Shown here: in pieces, positions 41,352 to 44,582 of the stretch
How positions within the stretch are numbered: position 1 is the first letter of the stretch
How the letters are laid out: each line of letters starts with the position of its first letter
Sequence record: SRR22947725_4464
Length of the DNA: 44,582 nucleotides
Reading direction: 5' to 3' (one strand)
Position numbers and translations under genes: made by a program
Notes under the pieces: model-generated
Told to the model about the DNA's origin: nothing
Databases searched by the model: none
Seen by the model: only the letters and a program-made list of their open reading frames with translations

Positions 41352-43262
41352 ATGAAGCATTTCATTTATAAAAGTTACTCCCTTCTTTTTTTAGCAGCAT
41401 TGCTGTTTTTACAAGGATGTGCAACACTGCGCACAAATGACACTACAAACAAAAAAACCAACATCATTGAAGCACATATTGATTTAAATGCTGTTGTTGA
41501 TGACCGACTTGTTATTTCCCTAGACCCGATGCCTTTCCCAAGTGGAGAAGTAACCTTTTACATGCCTAGTGTTATTCCAGGTACTTATGAATATTCAAAC
41601 TTCGGCCGTTTTGTTACTGATTTCAAAGCGTTTGATAATGACAACCAATTGTTAGAAGTTGTTCGTGAAAACGATAATACATGGAAAATTGCTGCGGGTA
41701 AAAATTTAGACCGCATATCATATTTGATAGATGACACCTTTGACGGTGATGAAGGCAGTGGAATTTACCCAATGGGAGGAACTAAAATTGAAAAAGACGA
41801 AGTTTTTTTACTCAACCTTCATGGAATGGTTGGTTATTTTGAAGGTGGAAAAGAATGGTCGTACCGACTTACTATTGAATCTCCTGAAGATTTAGTGCCA
41901 TTTTCATCTTTGCAGTCGGTAAGTAATACTGCAACCAAAGATGTGTTTTTTGCGAAGCGTTATTTTAATATTATCGATGATCCTATTTTATTTTCTGAGG
42001 ACAATAGCATTTCGTTTAATGTTGAAGGTATCGATGTAAGTTTGGCTGTCTATTCACCTACTGGTGCGCACGATGCGGAAGACTTCAAGCAAACATTAAT
42101 TGATATGATGTCTGCCCAAAAAACATTTTTGGGAGAAGCCAACACCACAAAAAGCTACGATATCCTATTGCTTCTTATGAGCATGGAAGAATTGCAGCAT
42201 TACGGTGGTATTCAAGGGGCACTGGAGCATCACACATCCACAACGGTTGTGTTTTTTGAGGGGATTGATAAAGAATCTTTGAAAACCTATTTGACTGATG
42301 TGGTATCACATGAGTTTTTTCACACCCTTACGCCTTTAAATATACACTCGGAGCAAATCCATTTTTTCAATTACAACGAAGGAGTAATGTCTAAGCACCT
42401 TTGGATGTATGAAGGGACTACCGAGTATTTTGCCAATCTATTTCAAGTGCAACAAGGTCTTATTGATCAAAATGATTTTTACACACGCATTTCAGAAAAA
42501 ATAACTGCTGCTAAAAATTATGACGACACCATGCCGTTTACACTAATGAGCAGTAATATTGTAGACGAACCTTACGCTGATAATTACGGCAATGTATACC
42601 AAAAAGGCGCATTAATCAACATGTGCTTGGACATCATTATTCGTGAACAAAGTGGGGGAGTTCGCGGGATTTTATCGGTGATGCAAGCCTTAGCCAAAAA
42701 ATATGGCGTAGACAAGCCGTTTACTGATAATGAACTCTTTAACGAGATTGTTTCCATGACGTACCCAGAAGTTAAGACCTTTATTGAAACCTACATTGAA
42801 GGAGAAACTCCGATTCCCTACAACGACTTCCTAGCCAAAGTTGGGCTGGAGCTTGTGGATAAAGAAGAAAATCTTCCAGGTATTGTTTTACTTAACAACA
42901 CAACACCCTTTATTTCTGGCAGCCCTAACGAAGAAGGTGTACCTGAATTAGTGGTTGTTGGGGTTAACAATAGATTAGAAGCCATTGGCTTTCAAGAAGG
43001 AGACGTGATGCGTGTGTTTAACGGCGTCGAACTACCTGATCTTAACGGACCTAATGCAGGAATGATTAATCGACTGTTTGGCAGTTCGCTTGAATGGACG
43101 CCTGATCAGGAGGTAACGTTTGAAGTAGATCGTAATGGAGAACGCATTGCCCTAGCTGGAACAGTGGGTGTTGCGGTAATGGCTGCAAAGGGGATTTCTG
43201 AAAAGGCAAATGCCACTGCAGCACAGATAGCCCTTAGAAACGCTTGGATGCACGGCAAGTAA
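41352..43262 (+). CDS. M61 family aminopeptidase lipoprotein with PDZ-like tail
   Basis: Lipobox LQGC; P..IPGTY, ALEH, HEFFH, LW.YEG.TEY, Y.KG. Confidence 0.88.
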   Translation: MKHFIYKSYSLLFLAALLFLQGCATLRTNDTTNKKTNIIEAHIDLNAVVDDRLVISLDPMPFPSGEVTFYMPSVIPGTYEYSNFGRFVTDFKAFDNDNQLLEVVRENDNTWKIAAGKNLDRISYLIDDTFDGDEGSGIYPMGGTKIEKDEVFLLNLHGMVGYFEGGKEWSYRLTIESPEDLVPFSSLQSVSNTATKDVFFAKRYFNIIDDPILFSEDNSISFNVEGIDVSLAVYSPTGAHDAEDFKQTLIDMMSAQKTFLGEANTTKSYDILLLLMSMEELQHYGGIQGALEHHTSTTVVFFEGIDKESLKTYLTDVVSHEFFHTLTPLNIHSEQIHFFNYNEGVMSKHLWMYEGTTEYFANLFQVQQGLIDQNDFYTRISEKITAAKNYDDTMPFTLMSSNIVDEPYADNYGNVYQKGALINMCLDIIIREQSGGVRGILSVMQALAKKYGVDKPFTDNELFNEIVSMTYPEVKTFIETYIEGETPIPYNDFLAKVGLELVDKEENLPGIVLLNNTTPFISGSPNEEGVPELVVVGVNNRLEAIGFQEGDVMRVFNGVELPDLNGPNAGMINRLFGSSLEWTPDQEVTFEVDRNGERIALAGTVGVAVMAAKGISEKANATAAQIALRNAWMHGK

Positions 43263-43291
43263 ACTAGACGAATAGTATTCGTTAACATTAA

Positions 43292-43465
43292 TTAGGAGTT
43301 GTCTAATCTTTCCGTCAGTAAAACAATTGCTCCTAAGCAGAGGAATGCAAACACGATTAATGTAAGTAGTATGCTGAGTATTGGATACTTATAAAATGTG
43401 CCTGGAAAGCGTCTATTTACTTGGTGCAGAAAGATAAAAAAAAGGATGAGAAGCAGCCATTCCAT
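43292..43465 (-). CDS. Putative 57-aa membrane microprotein
   Basis: Manual translation MEWLLLILFFIFLHQVNRRFPGTFYKYPILSILLTLIVFAFLCLGAIVLLTERLDNS*; fills an otherwise empty gap. Confidence 0.55.
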   Translation of the reverse strand: MEWLLLILFFIFLHQVNRRFPGTFYKYPILSILLTLIVFAFLCLGAIVLLTERLDNS

Positions 43466-43528
43466 AATCTCAATATTGGGGTGATTTAAATATATAAAAA
43501 AAATTGAAGTAATTTGTATTTTTAAATC

Positions 43529-44197
43529 ATGCAGTTAAATCCTGGTATTTTTCGCTTTTTTGAGCAATTGGCTCAAAACAACAACCGTGAATGGTTTGAT
43601 GCGCATAAACCTGAGTTTAAAACCCTAGAAAACAGCGTAAAGTCATTTGGCGCTTCGCTCAAAGACCAGCTGAATACGCACGACAGTGTGGATCGGTTTA
43701 AGCTGTTTCGTATTTACCGCGATGTGCGTTTTTCAAAAGATAAGACGCCCTATAAAACCCATTTTGGACTTACATGGCACCGTACCAAACCTGAATTTCG
43801 GGGTGGGTATTACCTGCATTTAAAACCGAATGATATCTTTTTGGCTTGTGGTTTTTGGGACCCCAACCCAGCAGACCTAAAACGCATCCGTCAGGAGTTG
43901 GCTTTTGATGGAAACGAATACCGATCGCTTATAAACGACCCCAAGTTTAAAAACGTTTGGGGGGAACTTCAAGGGAATGCGGTAAAAACAGCCCCGAAGG
44001 GATACGCCAAAGACCACCCACAAATTGATTTACTGCGCTTTAAGCAGCATCTCTTTAGCGTTCGCTATACGGAAGCGGATGTTTGTGCGCCAGACTTTTT
44101 TGCGCGTTTAGACGCTGCCCTAGTGGCAGTACGCCCGTTTGTAGACTATATGAGTGCGGTACTGACTACCAATGCAGATGGAGAAAGTATCCTTTAA
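43529..44197 (+). CDS. DUF2461 family protein
   Basis: NNNREWF, FRIYRDVRFSKDKTPYK, K.APKGY..DHP.IDLLR.K. Confidence 0.9.
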   Translation: MQLNPGIFRFFEQLAQNNNREWFDAHKPEFKTLENSVKSFGASLKDQLNTHDSVDRFKLFRIYRDVRFSKDKTPYKTHFGLTWHRTKPEFRGGYYLHLKPNDIFLACGFWDPNPADLKRIRQELAFDGNEYRSLINDPKFKNVWGELQGNAVKTAPKGYAKDHPQIDLLRFKQHLFSVRYTEADVCAPDFFARLDAALVAVRPFVDYMSAVLTTNADGESIL

Positions 44198-44240
44198 TAA
44201 AATGATGCCTTAGCGATTTCCGCTTGTTCCTGAGTTAGAA

Positions 44241-44582
44241 TTAATACATGCCAACCAAATACTTGATTAAATCGGTGGTGGTAACAATGCCAAGCAGCGT
44301 ATCATTGGCATCAACTACGGGGAGGGCATGAAAATTTGATTCTAAAAAGATTTCTGCAACCTCTTTGATGGTAGCTGTATCTGGAATACATTTTGGATTA
44401 CGAACCATAATTTGCTCGAGAGAAAACAAGGAATACACGGAGGTGTCTACCGTAAAATCATTGGGGTCGTAGCTGTCTACAAAACTGATACGCGCCAAAT
44501 CGGTCATGCTCAAGATACCGACAATTTTATCGGCAGAAACTACCGGTAAATGGCGTACACGGTGTTCTTTAAAGAGTTTTTC
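44241..44582 (-). CDS. CBS-pair protein (partial, runs off window end)
   Basis: Frame is open to the window edge: EKLFKEHRVRHLPVV...GILS.TDL...FHALPVV...GIVTTTDL. Confidence 0.88.
   Translation of the reverse strand, partial: EKLFKEHRVRHLPVVSADKIVGILSMTDLARISFVDSYDPNDFTVDTSVYSLFSLEQIMVRNPKCIPDTATIKEVAEIFLESNFHALPVVDANDTLLGIVTTTDLIKYLVGMY

Noticed and set aside
43268-43282. ACGAAT-AGT-ATTCGT hairpin after the M61 gene as a terminator
   Set aside because: Short AT-rich stem with no U-tract.
1712-43288. Many 60-140 aa antisense or alternate-frame ORFs in the track (e.g. 6885..7313, 12026..12403, 22579..22989, 34863..35213)
   Set aside because: They are shadows of well-supported genes and have no recognisable motifs.

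Overview
Chromosomal window from a compact-genome Flavobacteriaceae-type (Bacteroidota) bacterium, judged from gene content, TAnnTTTG promoters and tight gene packing. Most of it is housekeeping: the folE 3' end, serA/serC, ychF, parE/parC, ppc, aroB, proline dehydrogenase, tsaE, porX, lpxD-lpxC/fabZ-lpxA-efp-sucD-fabG, and a complete hisGDCBHAF(IE) operon with a His-leader attenuator. Three parts stand out. (1) An AT-rich accessory block (~8.8-11.55 kb) holds co-oriented genes followed by an attC-like imperfect inverted repeat (one full copy, one half copy), plus a 5'-truncated DGQHR/DndB-like gene with a HEPN RxxxxH motif that is cut right at that repeat. (2) A His/Cys-rich small ORF ending in the ribosome-arrest motif RAPP lies upstream of a lipoprotein and TonB-dependent receptor, with a candidate regulatory stem. 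(3) An array of TTAC-N4-GTAA boxes lies between an XRE regulator and an M14 peptidase. I found no rRNA, tRNA, CRISPR array, integrase or transposase. All family assignments are from motif recognition by eye; no database search was run.
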